Source: Cetorhinus maximus (Eukaryota). Taken from it: a DNA stretch of 64,000 bases. Shown piece after piece: positions 25,235-39,113 of this stretch. The stretch lies in NCBI RefSeq assembly GCF_964194155.1, contig NC_135893.1:54436001-54500000 (forward strand), in the 5' to 3' direction. How positions within the stretch are numbered: the stretch's first letter is position 1; the number at the start of each line of letters is the position of its first letter. The notes beneath the pieces are model-generated. The model had not been told where the DNA came from, did not search any database, and saw only the letters and a program-made list of their open reading frames with translations. A program made the position numbers and the translations under genes.

Positions 25235-26051
25235 ACCGAACTGGAGTCAGGCCCAGTCGAGGGCTCGGGCCTGGTTACCATGGCGTCCCCTCAAAAGTCG
25301 CGCCACCCTTACCCGCCATTTAGCGCTGTCCGTGACACCAAACGTGCGCGTGCCCTGGGAGATGGCCGAGCAACCACAGGAACCCGCCCACTTGTGATTG
25401 ACAGCCGCTCACCTGCAGCTGATATCTGGGTGCTGTACGTCCAGGTCACTGTCAATAAACACACTCCCATATTTTTCAAAGGGGTTTGCGGCCCGTGTCA
25501 CATAAACAAAATAAAAATAAAAGGTGAAATAGAAAAAGAAGTTCAGGTGTTCGCAATCTGAACTAAAAACAGAAAACACAAGGGCCAAAAATAAAGAAAT
25601 AGCCAACGTTTCGGTTGACAAAAGGTCGCAGACCTAAAACGTTAATGTTGTTTCTATCTCCACAGGTGCTGCCTGATCTGCAGCATTTTCAACTTTTTAT
25701 TTCAGATCTCCAGCATCGGGGGGACTTTGGTCTTCCAAAAATATTAGTCCTCGACATCATATGTTGTTGTAACTGATCACTGTCTACTGGTTTTACCCCT
25801 GCACACTATCTGTGTTATGCATAACTAATTGTGAGAAAACGATTATTCAGGTTGTATCACAAAATGGTTGAGAAATACTGAAACGAAGATTCTAGGGTTA
25901 ATTATAAATCGAAGTGATTGTAGTTTGGCAGCAGTTGGTTATTTTGGCTGTGTTGAGTCGCCGCTTCCCTGCTTGCAGTGTCAGGCGGAACTATTGAGCC
26001 AGTGCACTGGGTGTCGGGGGAAGAGGGTGGGCCGGATGTGTTGCCGTAGAA
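25235..26051. promoter_or_regulatory. Putative bidirectional promoter region between TOP3A and UQCC4
   Basis: Divergent start codons are 817 bp apart, with CpG-rich flanks at both ends. YY1-like AAATGGCGG at ~25313-25321 (minus), E-box-like CACTTG/CACCTG, and X-box-like GTTACCATGG. No transcription start data available. Confidence 0.6.
25548..25717. mobile_element. Degenerate inverted pair of PLE 3'-end fragments (hammerhead region)
   Basis: AATCTGAACTAAAAACAGAAAA...AACGTTTCGG followed by AGGTCGCAGACCTAAAACGTTAA...CCACAGGTGCTGCC...TTTCAGATCTCCAGCATC. Confidence 0.6.
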
Positions 26052-28570
26052 ATGAGGATGATGGCGGCCAGTGTGGGCCTTGTGCGGGCTCTCGGGATCC
26101 CTTCACTTTCAACCCCACGCCGGTTGGGAGTAACTTTCGCCGGCTTCGTGGGACAGAGGTGCGTTGATTATGAGCTCCGGGGGAAGGCTTGGCGCCGTGG
26201 GGTTGTGTTAGATTGGGGATCGTTGTCTATGCTGCATGACTCTCATCAGCCTTCAGTTACAGCCTACCATGACTCCCAAGACCTTGGGAGCGTTACTCAT
26301 ACAGTAGAAATTCCAAATTGGGGTTAGTGGGCATTAAGTACAGGAAGTTAATACTGGCTGATTTGATCTTTTTGTTTAAACCTTTGAAAGAAAAATGAAT
26401 GGTCACTGTATGCTTTTGCAACCTATACCCAACATCATGATATTATCAGAGACCTTGGAACTGCGATTTGGTTAAAGCTCGTTCCTTTTCCCTGTTGTTG
26501 CGTGACTCATAAACCCCTCAGTTACCTTTTTGTAAATTATTTTCATCGTGTACTGTTTGGCGACGGAAGGTTGACAATATAACCACTTCAGGCAGTGCTG
26601 TTTTTGCAAGATTCAGAGATTCCATACATATACTTTGCCACATTGCAAGTCCAAGTCAGTGGATGCAAACATTGCAGGAATTTTAAAAGACCTGTTCACT
26701 TGCAGGCAGAAAGAAATACAGAGCTCAACGTTTCAGTTTTAAAGTCCTAGGAAAAAATGAGTTAGACGGTGAAACGAGTCTTGAACTCAGCACAGTGTAA
26801 GGCAGGAAGATGGTATTTGAGAGTCTTTTTCCCCATGCACAGTGATAGTAACGTTTGATTAATTTCTAGTGGCACCTAGCAAAATTTTGAAGCTAAATGG
26901 GATCAGTTAAGTTAAAAAAAATCTGGAGCTAAGAGATTGCTTCATTATGCTGGGCCAAAATTTGAACATTTTTTGTCTGTGGATTAATTAGCATGGCCGG
27001 GAAATTCCTTGGAGTTGCTCCTGCAAATCTCCAAGTTAACATTTTTTCCTCACTGGTCACAATATATAGAGTTATTGTCACAGACTTGAGCTACAGAGAA
27101 TTTTTATTACAATCCAGCAAGTGCCCTTTTAAAAGGATTATGTGGAATTGGATAAAGGGGGTATAATCTCAAACTTGCTGATCACACATCATGAGCACCA
27201 TCAGATGATGTGGTTCAGATCAGGAACTGTAGCAAGAACTTAAAGCACTATTCACTCTATCTGAAGGTTGGCAACTTTGTGAAATCTTCCCTCTCCTGTA
27301 AATGTCATATTTTTAATCAATTGCTGTACTTATTGTTGAGGGAGACCACTGCTGAAGTTATGTCTGGGAGCACCAGTCACCTTCCTGTACCTTATTCAAA
27401 TAACTATTGCTTGTGCATGAATTTCAATAGTGAGTATTGACAAACTAGTAAACTTTAGCAGTCATTCATGGGGGTTGGGGTGTAAGAGTAAGGACATCTT
27501 TCTACAATTTATAAAAGCCTTTGGTGAGGCTAAACCTAGAGGACTGTAGAGATTTGGTTCCCGCACCTCGCCTTGGAAAAGATATTTCCTGGGGTGAGAG
27601 GGTTGTCATACCAGGAGAGATTGAATAGAATGGACTTGTATTCTCTGAATTTAGAAGAATGGAAGATGATTTCATTGTCACATAGAAAATTCTTGAGACT
27701 CTTGACAGGTTAGATATGTTATCCCTGGTGGGAAGTCTAGAGCAGGAGGTCGTAGTCTCAGGATAAAGGGTTGACCATTTAGAGAGAGGAGGAGAAATTT
27801 CTACGGTCAGAGGGTTGTGAATCTTTGGAGTTCCCTACCCAAGGGGGCTGTGGATGCTCAGCTGATGAGTATATTCAAGATTGAGATGGATAGGATTTTT
27901 GGGCACTAAGGGAATCAAGGGTTATTGGGATTGGGTGAAAAAGTGGAGTTGTACTAGAAGTTCAGCCATGATCTTATTGATTGGCGGAACAGGCTTGAGG
28001 GACCACATGGCCTACTTCTGCCCCTATTACTCATGTTTTTATTCTAATCCAGTCTGACCCTGACTCTAGCATGTAGCTTTGTATCTGTTCTATTGGTTAA
28101 TGATCGAGTCTTAGAACCATCTTTAGGAGAAGGGGAGAAAATGAACGTGATTTGTGTTCTAGTGTAGTCTAACCTACAGCTCTGGTCTGCCTCTAACTGT
28201 TAGAACTTTTCTCAGGAACAACAATGCAGCAAAAGCTTCCTTCTCTACAACTCCGGGTGATGACAAATCTTCACCAAAGGATAACAAAAGCAATAATGGT
28301 GATGGAACCTTAAAATTTAGCACCAGCAAGGCAAGCTATCGTGTTTGGACAGTGAACAAGTCCCTGGGCAGTGATTACCAGAACACCCGGTGGAAGGTTC
28401 TTTCTCTGAGCCTTGCTGGAATTGCATTTGTAGTCTGGTGTTTCCTACGGAAAGAAACTGAAATTGATAGAACACTGGAACAGACATTGCTTGACCATTT
28501 GCCTGATTTTGAGCAGCCTACAGCTGAACCAGAGGAGCTTGCCAAGCAAAGAAACACAACACAAAGGTAA
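26052..28570 (+). CDS. UQCC4: CCSMST1-family mitochondrial protein / ubiquinol-cytochrome c reductase complex assembly factor 4 (C16orf91). Exons 26052-26158 and 28216-28570 (alternative acceptor at 28204)
   Basis: Exon 1 encodes an Arg-rich, acid-free presequence-like MRMMAASVGLVRALG...GQR, with donor GTGCGT in phase 2. Exon 2 continues in frame and encodes LKFSTSKASYRVWTVNKSLGSDYQNTRWKVLSLSLAGIAFVVWCFLRKETEID, resembling the human motif FSSSKA..W.V....G...RPWWKVL...WCYLREE plus a TM helix. The start could be 26052, 26058 or 26061. Confidence 0.87.
27460..28035 (+). mobile_element. CR1 LINE 3' fragment in the UQCC4 intron
   Basis: LYKALVR-like remnant and a CR1 3' UTR ending ATGGCCTACTTCTGCCCCT. 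Confidence 0.8.
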
Positions 28571-28680
28571 AATACTGCTGCTGGACATCTGAAATGAAAA
28601 CAGAAAAATACTGAAACAGAATCTGTAGAGAAAGAAACAAAGTCAACAGTTCAGATCAATGATCTTCTGTCAGTTTGGAG
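28563..28680 (-). mobile_element. PLE 3'-end remnant overlapping the UQCC4 stop codon
   Basis: AAATACTGC...GCTGGACATCTGAAATGAAAACAGAAAA is the reverse complement of the PLE tail seen at 57620-57680. Confidence 0.6.
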
Positions 28681-29965
28681 AAAGGAACATAACAAATGAA
28701 CTATAAAGGCCTCCCACAGACAGCAATACTTTACTGCATATTCATAATATTTTGTACAGGAGTAAAAGGACAGGTGATTAAATGACAGACTGTTTCAAAC
28801 TTCATCAGTGAAAATTTGGACAGCTTTAAATTTGATTGAGACATTGCAGCACCTGCTCTTGAAATTACTTCAAAGGGAGGGTTTTGGAGGTGAGCCAATC
28901 TTCACTACCTTCTCCCTATTTAGTATTGGTGAAAGATGAAGAGTTAGGCCACCTGTGTAACCTCTTGGTCACTGGACAGTATAGATGGCAATACCTAATT
29001 CTGAATTTTCCAGACCAGGTTTGTCTGTTTGATCCTTGTTCCGTGTTCAGTTAACTGCAGCTTTTGTGGCTGCAGCAGCTGCGGTTTGCCTCCGTGTCCC
29101 CAGGCTATGCAAAAAAAGCAGCCAGGTTTTCTGCTTATCCTATCCTGTTAGATGTTGGGAGAGGAGATTTTGGGCCACTTGCCATTGCCTGGGCATCGTC
29201 CACTAACATAAGTCCCATTTTCAGTGGAGGAAATGTAGCTACTGGGGAGAAAACAGACAAACTAAACCTTAGGTTTACCCCTTGACAACTCAGTGATCAG
29301 ACAATAAGTGGTGAGAAATGGAGCTATATAGCCCAACAGAGAATGGTATTGTCACATGGCCACCAGTCTGCCATTGCCATTACCAACACAGCATCTGTCA
29401 GCCTCTTGATTCATTACCACCATGAGTAAGAGACCTGTAACCGTAAATACTGCAGCTCCCCTAATGTCCCATTGAGTAAAGACAGTGTAGCAATCGCCAT
29501 AACAATCCCAAAATACCAAACTCAGTTCTTGATCTCTGCCCAGCCAGAGCAAGTGTGCCCCATTGGTATCCAAACTCATGCAGGGAGAGCAAAGGGGGGG
29601 CCTTCTGAATATTATCCATTGACTCCTTTTAGAAAGTATACTTTATTGTGCATCTGAGGACAGGATCAGCTCTGCTGTGTTGACCTCAGAGTTGAAGAGC
29701 GAGGATACTATCTATAATCCTTTTGCAATTTATTGTTCAAATGGATGAAATGCGAATGTTTCTCTATTCCACCTTTCCTGAAAGCTGAGTGATGAACACC
29801 TCACACTAACTAAAAAATGATTAAAATAATTCATTTTGTCACACCACTGCCTCCCAGGCCAGCATCAATGCTACTGTTTGCACACGTCAGCAGTTGACTA
29901 GAGCAAAAAAAGGATCATTAGTACAAATGTATTTTTTAATCAATCTGTTCAATTGTTAAATCTCT

Positions 29966-29971
29966 AATAAA
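29966..29971 (+). terminator. Candidate polyadenylation signal for UQCC4
   Basis: AATAAA about 1.4 kb after the stop codon; no transcript support. Confidence 0.35.
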
Positions 29972-32900
29972 TGTCTGATACTCACTTCCACCTGCTAGAC
30001 TTATTCTTGGCTTCTCATAGGATCTTAGTCTAGTCCTACAAAATGATAGAGCGTCAAATTGGACCTTGTTTCAAGTTTAAAATATCAAGCAGTTTACAAA
30101 AGATTAACAGGCTAATAAGTAACAGTCATATAGTAAAATTTACTGTGTTTTTGCACAGCTCAGATTATTACCTCAAAAGGCACCTGAATCTGTGCTGACT
30201 GATTTATTGTGAATAATCATGATACTGCACAAGCTTTGAATGTGATCAATGGTAGAGTCATTGCCTGTGGCCTTTTTTGTTGCCCTTTGTGAACATGGAC
30301 GTTGACCTGCATTTTCACCATGGGGCCAGTAACACACACTTCTAATGGTTGCTTCTGACATGACATCTCTCCAGTCTTGCAGGATTCTTGGTAAATGCAA
30401 TCCCTGAGTCTTCATTGGTTTTCAGCCCATTTTGCTGGCCTAAGTCTTCAGACTTATTTACACATAATTAATTTTACTTCAGTTATCTCTGCAGTTGAGT
30501 CCATGACTTTTTTTGGAACTGACCTCAATTCCAAAGAAGTTATTTGGATTCAAAACATTAACTCTATTTCTCTCTCCACAGGTGCTGCCAGACCTACTGA
30601 GTTTTTCCAGCACTTCATTTTTAATTTCACCAGGATGATACCTGAATTCCAAGGGTTAAATTAAGATATTACACAAACTGGGGTTGTATTTCCCGGAATT
30701 TAGATGGTTAAGTGGTGATTTCATCAAAGTTTTCAAATTATTAAGAGTAACAGTTTCTCTCTATCCACCCTATTTCCACTTGGGCAGTCTAGGACTGAAG
30801 GGGGGGAAAACAGTCTAAAGTTAGAGTTGGACTTAAGGAGTGAAATTAAGAAAATGTTTACACAAAGGGTGGTAGCAGTTTGGAACACACTCCTGTGAAC
30901 AATTGGCTCTAGATAATAAATTTTAAATCTGGAATTGATAAATATTAAGGTAGAATGCAAATATGGATAAATGGAGTTCAACTGCAAATCAACCATATTG
31001 ATTGAATGGTGGCAGAACAGACTCAATGGATAAATGGTCTATCTCACTCTTAAAAGTTGTGGTATCATTCTATTCCTCTTTCTCATGTTTATCTAGCTTT
31101 GTCTTTAAATGCATCTATATACTATTTATCTTATCTAATGAGTGAGTGAGTTCCACATCTTGTCACTCTCCAGGTAAAAATGTTTTTCATGAATTCTCTG
31201 GTCTTGCCTGCAAAGTAGAAACATCTAGTCTACATCTGCCCTATCAAACCCTTTCATAAGCTTAAAGGCCTATCAGGACAATTCCATAATCTTTTGAGAG
31301 ACTGCCTGTTCAAATGTTTGTGATAGGCATAAAACTATCTTCCCAGTGCCTCTGTTTTATGATGTGGAGACAAACTGTTCAGAATCCAAGTGTTGTCTCA
31401 CTAAGGTCTAACTCAACTTCTGCTTTCCAATTCTATCCTAAATGAACCTATGTTCTATTTGCTTTGATCTTAACTTGCTGTGAAACTTTTAATGATTTAT
31501 GCCTGCACTCACCCATTGTTCCATCCCATTTAGACATTTGCTTTCATCAGTACATGGTCTCCTTTTTCTGCAAAAACTAGAGGAGAAGTGCTGAGTGGAT
31601 GATTCATTTTGGCCTCTTCCAGAGGTCCCCAGCAGTTCAGCCAATTTGATGCACTCCATGTGAAAAAATGGCTGAAAGCACAGGATACTGCAAAGGCCAC
31701 TCACCATTGCGACTGACTTCAGTCACTAGGTCAAAATCCTAAAACACCCTCCAACAGAACTGTGGATGTACTTACACTTATCGTGTCCATGGACAGTCTA
31801 TACATGGCCCAGCCAGAGCACTAAATGGACTGCATCAGTTCAAGGCAGTTACCACCACCACCTTAAAGGGCAATTAGGGATGGGCAATAAATGCTGACCT
31901 AGCCAGCGACATCCACATGAATGAAAAAATGTGCTGTCACATATACCTATATTTGAGTTTACATCAATCTAGCACTCATTCTACATCCTTAATGTCTTCC
32001 TCTTAGTTAATACAGAAAACTATCTTTCCCAAGTTGGTGTCACCTGCAAATTTAGAGTTAGTTCAAAATGCAGACCCCAGTCTATAATTGATAAACTGCA
32101 TCACCATTTACCAATCTGAAAAACTGCTAACTTAGTTGACATTATCACCAGCTGCCTAATCATTCTGCTACTTGTCCCAACTCCACTTTGAATCTTGTCA
32201 AGCCTGCTTTGTAGTACCTCAGGACTTCTCGAAAATCTATTACACCAATTGCATCACCCCTTTCAACTGTTACCCTTGCTGGTAGCTGCACTTCACCCAC
32301 CTAATCTTAAGCTCTGGAATTCCAGCCCACACCCACCAAACATCTCTACTGTTCTCCTTTAGCATGTTCCTTCAAAGTGCCTTGGCCTGTTTCACTACAT
32401 TAAAAAGGCACTATATAAATGCAACTTGGAGTACATGTCCACTCTCTATGCTTATGGGCCAAGGTCAGCCTCGGACAAAAATTTATTTACATATTGCAAT
32501 ATTTACCAATTGCTTTAAGATGCAGTGTTTTGGAAATGCTACTTACATGCATATACTACACAAATTAAGGATCTGTGGAAAATGGAGTCCACAAGACTTG
32601 TGCCAATCTCATCTCCAAAAGATGGAGGTGGATGAGAGGTGCGAGGTCAAGGATTATCTCCTACCATCACTTGGAATGGACTCCAGTAGCCTTGATGAGC
32701 TTTGCCATTGTAGGGAAATATTCGATAACTATGTCCACCAATAAAACTGAAAAGCAAGGGGAAAAGCTAGACAGCATGAGGGACCTGTGACCTCAGTTTA
32801 CAGTCAGTCTTTAACTGATGCAATAATTGCATTATATGGAGTACATTCATTTGTTTGATGCTCAGTATGACACTTACCCACATTTGCAAAACAGGTCTCA

Positions 32901-33466
32901 ACTCCCCACCCAACTCAGGAGATTTACCTTAAGCTATGGGAACTATTAATGCAAGATTTTGTTGGGATAAGACTAAAAAAAGCAATCTGGTTTCTTAGAG
33001 CTTAAAAAGGTCCCATGTTTAAATCACAACACCCACCCAAACAAACCTTCAGGCACCAACAGCCAACAAATTCTTTGGCAAGTGAATTTGCATTACTGAA
33101 ACCAAGACAATTCCTATTTGATGCTGTCCTTACATCCACTTGTCACAGTTGTTAACACAGCAAAAGCCTGAATAACCTAGCCCAATCTATACCGCAACAT
33201 TGTCCTGGGGTGTTAAAGACAAGATTTTAACCATTGCATGGTACTATTTCGAAGAAGCAAACTCACCCAGTGTTCGAACCAATTTCTCTTTGCAGCGATC
33301 ACTTGCAGGACAGTCGCTCTGCAATTTCATACACAACTAGTTGCAGCATACCATTTGGGGTAACAGTGCAACTATTTCCAGAATACAAACCTGTATCTTT
33401 GCACAGCAGCTACTTAAATGTTGACTTAAAACAAAACACTAAAATATAGCTGAGGTAGTGGAAAGT

Positions 33467-33606
33467 TTTATTTACAACCCCATTGAAAATCAGCACAATG
33501 CAAAGGAACAGCCTACAATTCCCCCCCAATGCATGCAAGATAAAGAGTCCGGCCTTACACAATAAAATCAGGAGGTAGCACGGACAAAAGATACAAATGT
33601 TTTATT
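33467..33606 (-). terminator. Two candidate AATAAA poly(A) signals in the H3.3 3' UTR
   Basis: AATAAA on the minus strand at 33601-33606 and 33467-33472. No histone stem-loop seen, as expected for polyadenylated H3.3. Confidence 0.55.
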
Positions 33607-33810
33607 TTGCAACCTGAGCCAAGAGTTCGAAGGAATGTTTACAAAATGTTTTGCTACTTCCACTAAGTCACAATCAATACTCGATACTAACAAAAATACA
33701 AAATAAAGGCCCAGCCTCCACAAGAAGCCAAGTTTACAGTCCAATAACGTTTTAGAAATTGTTTAAATGTCACTTCAAAATAGTCTGGAGAAAATGTAAT
33801 GAAGCAGAGT

Positions 33811-35335
<1,525 letters not shown>

Positions 35336-35967
35336 TCACAGGATCTACAAGACAGGAGGGGGAAAAGAAAAAAAGTCAGAAGCGGCCACTCTCCCGCCGC
35401 CGCCAGCTTACCCCGCCTTGTACTGGAGTGGCAGCGCTGACTCCAAATCAGGGGAAGCGGAGGTGGGACTTGCACCAACCTGAAAGCACGCAACGAAATG
35501 GCGGCCGTTTGGCAGTCTCCTGGACTGCAGGCTAAGAAATCAGCCAAGCCCAGGGGTAGTCACACCCCGCCAAGTCACTCCACTCCGGGGGCTCGTCAGA
35601 TCACCGCCACAGCCGAGCGAGCGGCCGACACAAAGCGGCGAGAGGCACCCCGAATAACTACAACCACTTATTCCTCCTCCCCCCCCCTTCATTTCCACTC
35701 CGGGACCCGCAGCGCCGCCCGGAGACAAACCCGAACTCCGGGTCACTCTACAAACTGGAGGAGGAGACAAAAAAAAACACAACACAGGCCGAGGCCGAGG
35801 CCGCCCAGCTCGCACCCTGCTCTAAACAGGCACGCACGCTTCACCCACAGGAAAAGCCACAACCCGGCGGCCGAACCCAGGACAAATACTAGCCACGCCA
35901 ACGGATTCCAATCCAATCTCCGCCAGAATTTACACAATAACAAGTTGCTTTGCAGTGCTTCACTTAC

Positions 35968-36003
35968 CAAATTGACCACCCGCAGTAAGAGCCCGATTAT
36001 GAG
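35968..36003 (-). other. Probable non-coding first exon of the H3.3 gene
   Basis: GTAAGT donor at 35967 lies just downstream of a TATA box. The exon 2 acceptor TTGTAG at 35345 is 15 nt before the ATG. The intron between them is CpG-rich. The 5' boundary is an estimate. Confidence 0.7.
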
Positions 36004-36024
36004 TCGTTGCCGCTCCGCCGCCAC

Positions 36025-36150
36025 TATTTATAACATGTCTGACGTCATTCCAGGGTCAACGTTCCACAACAGACTGCCCTTGAAGCCCATTGGCCAGCGC
36101 TCCTTGTCGTTGTTGTAGTATGGTAATAAGGCGGGCTGACTCCGCCCCCT
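36025..36150 (-). promoter_or_regulatory. H3.3 core promoter: TATA, CRE, CCAAT and GC boxes
   Basis: TATAAATA at 36025-36032 (minus), palindromic TGACGTCA at 36040-36047, CCAAT at 36089-36093 (minus), GC boxes at ~36130-36148. Confidence 0.8.
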
Positions 36151-38826
36151 TTGCTCCCTCTTGGATTCTGCCCAGTTCCTCCTTCACGTTCATGAACATA
36201 AACAAGAGAATTATTGCAGCAGTCGAGGGGTGATGTTCGTATAATTTAACCTGCTCAACGCAAACATCATCTGTCTCTTTCTCTCTCCAAAACCAATGAC
36301 TGCCCCGTATCCCCCTTTTTTTTTAAACATTCAAAAGCCAGGTTATTTTAAAATTCCCTTTGCAATTTAAATATATTTACCTATTCATCCTCTGCATAAG
36401 AGAGTACTTTTGTTTTTGATGATGGCGGTGAGGCAGTTTTCGTGTTTAATTGCGTGTGTTCTCAGGAGTTGTCCTCAAGCCACCTCTCGCCCACTCGTTT
36501 TCCTCCCACTGTATTTTCATTCAGCTTCTAACTGGTTTGGGGTTGCACTGAATACGTTTGTGTGGTTTCAATGAATCTTTAGAAAACATTTTCGTCATTT
36601 ATAGGTGGTTTACACATTTACTGCCAAGCGGAACTGACCATGAAACTCGTGAATATCGTTAGCATGAATCATGACGAACAGCACGCATGGTTTATTTTCG
36701 GAAACCATACATCCCTCACTTGGATCTTATTTGTGTGAAACGTGACTATTTTAAAACGGGTTATCAAGAGATTTAATTTTTGGTGAGCTCGGCCAAATCT
36801 TTAATGAGTTGTGGAGAAGGATGTGGTACTGCCTAAAATACGCAAAAGGTAATACAATTTTAATGTAAGAAAAAAATTGCAGACTTTCAGGAATACATAG
36901 CATGTAGATACATTAAAATTAAATTATTCGTGGAATTTTACAATATAGAAAGAGACCACTCGTCTAAAGAAACACCAAAAATTTGGCCGAGCCCACCAAG
37001 AAACAGCATTTTTTGTTAGATTTATTTTATTACCTGATCTGACTGCTTTGTCCAATTAAAGGAATACAAGAAGGCCATTAGTCCCAAAACACCTGTACAG
37101 TCACGGCACCTCTTTGCTCCTCCACTTTCGTCTTTCGACTTTTACCAGATGCTGTAGAGAGGGATGGGTAGATCAGAGGTCTGCTGCATGCTAGGGTGGC
37201 CTTGTAAGGTAGCCTGTGGTGCCCACCAGTACACTTGGGGCCTACCACAATCAGTGGTCACTACAAGAGATAGTATGTGTTATAAGTAAATGTGCAATGA
37301 CATTGTGTCTTATTTGGTAGGATTAATTTTGTTTTCCTGGTTGCTTTAAGAAAATGAGTTTAATTGGACTGCATATTAATTGCTATGCTAGTAGGGCCTT
37401 AATGTGCAATTCTTGTTTGTTGACGCTGACTCAATCCCATTATATATAAAACAGCATCACAACTTATTCAAAGGCAAATACTGTGGATGCTGGAAATCTG
37501 AAATAAAACCATAAAATGCTGGAATGCAAGCCAGGTAGCATCTGTGAAGAAAGGTGCAAAGTTAATGTTACAAATCAATTACTTTTTCAGGTCATGTTAA
37601 CTTTGCTTCAAAAGTAATTCAGTGGTTGGGAAGTGCTTTGGGATGTCCTGAAGATGTGACATGATGCAATATAAATCTAGTTCATTTTATAATGTGGAAT
37701 TGAGCTATGCAGCCCAGGTACTGGGTTGGAAATTTGATAATACCGTATTGAAGTAGGAGTTCCCAGTATAGGTGGTAATAAGACCATTGGGCTTTGACTT
37801 GGGCAGGGAGAAGATGAGGATTTAGATTGCAATGTTTGAGGATGTTCCAGATTTATTTTTCCCTCCACTTGCTTAAGGTGCTGACTGCAGACGAGATGAG
37901 TGGGATTTGGTGACAGGCTTAATACTGCAGCAGAGTGACCATGTTTTATGTGCAAAGCAGTCCAGTCAGCTATTCCACCATTTTGTCTTCATTTAAATTG
38001 CACAAACTTGGAGTCACTGGCTGAATCGGAGGATTGAACTGGCAGTGATCTGTATGACTGACTTTCACGCCAGCCAGTACAGAATCGCAACCCTCCGGTA
38101 TTTTCTGTGCACCTAGGCTGACCTCAGTAACCCTCGGCACTGGATGCCTCATTGTCTCCAGTCATTCTCCGCAGTAATTGCAGATATACTGAAAGCCAAT
38201 GGTATATGTGAACATAATAAATCATTCACTGTGCCCGGGGCGGCTTGTAATTATGGCTCTATCGTACTTCATCTTGTGTTACATGACATCAACAGCAGAA
38301 GATAAAAGAGGAAACTCAATTCTACCATTAATCACACCTCGTGGAGATTGGCAGGTCCTCTCTGATGAGGCAATCATGAGTAGTGTCTGATTTTTGTGTG
38401 GACAGTTTACAGGTGACACTCCAGATGAAACTGAAAGCTAGACCCGGATGAAAGCACAAAAGAATAGGCAAAATCCTTCTGGAGAAGCTGGGAGGATATA
38501 GTGACCTCACTATATTACTATTAGGAAAGGGATGGCGTACTGTAATGAGAAGACTGTGATCAGAGGGCACCTACCCTGAGAAGCTGAAGGCTCATTTTGC
38601 AACTTATTATGGTAGAGGCCACTTGGAAGGCCAGAGCAGAGAGGATGTGTTGGCTGAGGGGAAAGTGAGTTCTAGGAACCAATGCTCAAAATGATGTGAT
38701 ATCGAACTTAAAGTCCTGTTCTTTGCTTCCAATTTATCTCCTTCCAAACCCCCTTCTGTCTCTTGCACATCAGTGCTTTCTCACTGGTCAGTGTTCTCCC
38801 GCTCAGTGTTTTCTACAGTCACTGTT

Positions 38827-38913
38827 CCCCAATCACCTCTCCCTCCACAGTCAGTGCTCCCCCAATCACCTCTCCCTCCACAGTCAGTGCTCCCCCAGTC
38901 ACTGCTCCCTCCT
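38827..38913. repeat. 33-bp tandem repeat, about 2.7 copies
   Basis: Unit CCCCAATCACCTCTCCCTCCACAGTCAGTGCTC. Confidence 0.8.
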
Positions 38914-39113
38914 CACCCTGATCACTGCTTCTCTGAGCTTCTCTTCCTGCCTCCTCCCTACTCCCACCCAACAAAGCTTACTCTATTACTCCCTACAAAC
39001 CATTTGCCAATCCCCTCTGGCTCCACACTGTATTGAAATCAAAAATGAACAGCAATGCTATCTTGAAATTCAGAAAGTTCTTAAACAGAATCCACACTTT
39101 TAAAAATTTAACC

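Noticed and set aside
37677-37955. THAP-like VCSQH motif in a minus-strand ORF
   Set aside because: The other THAP residues are absent and there is no splice support.
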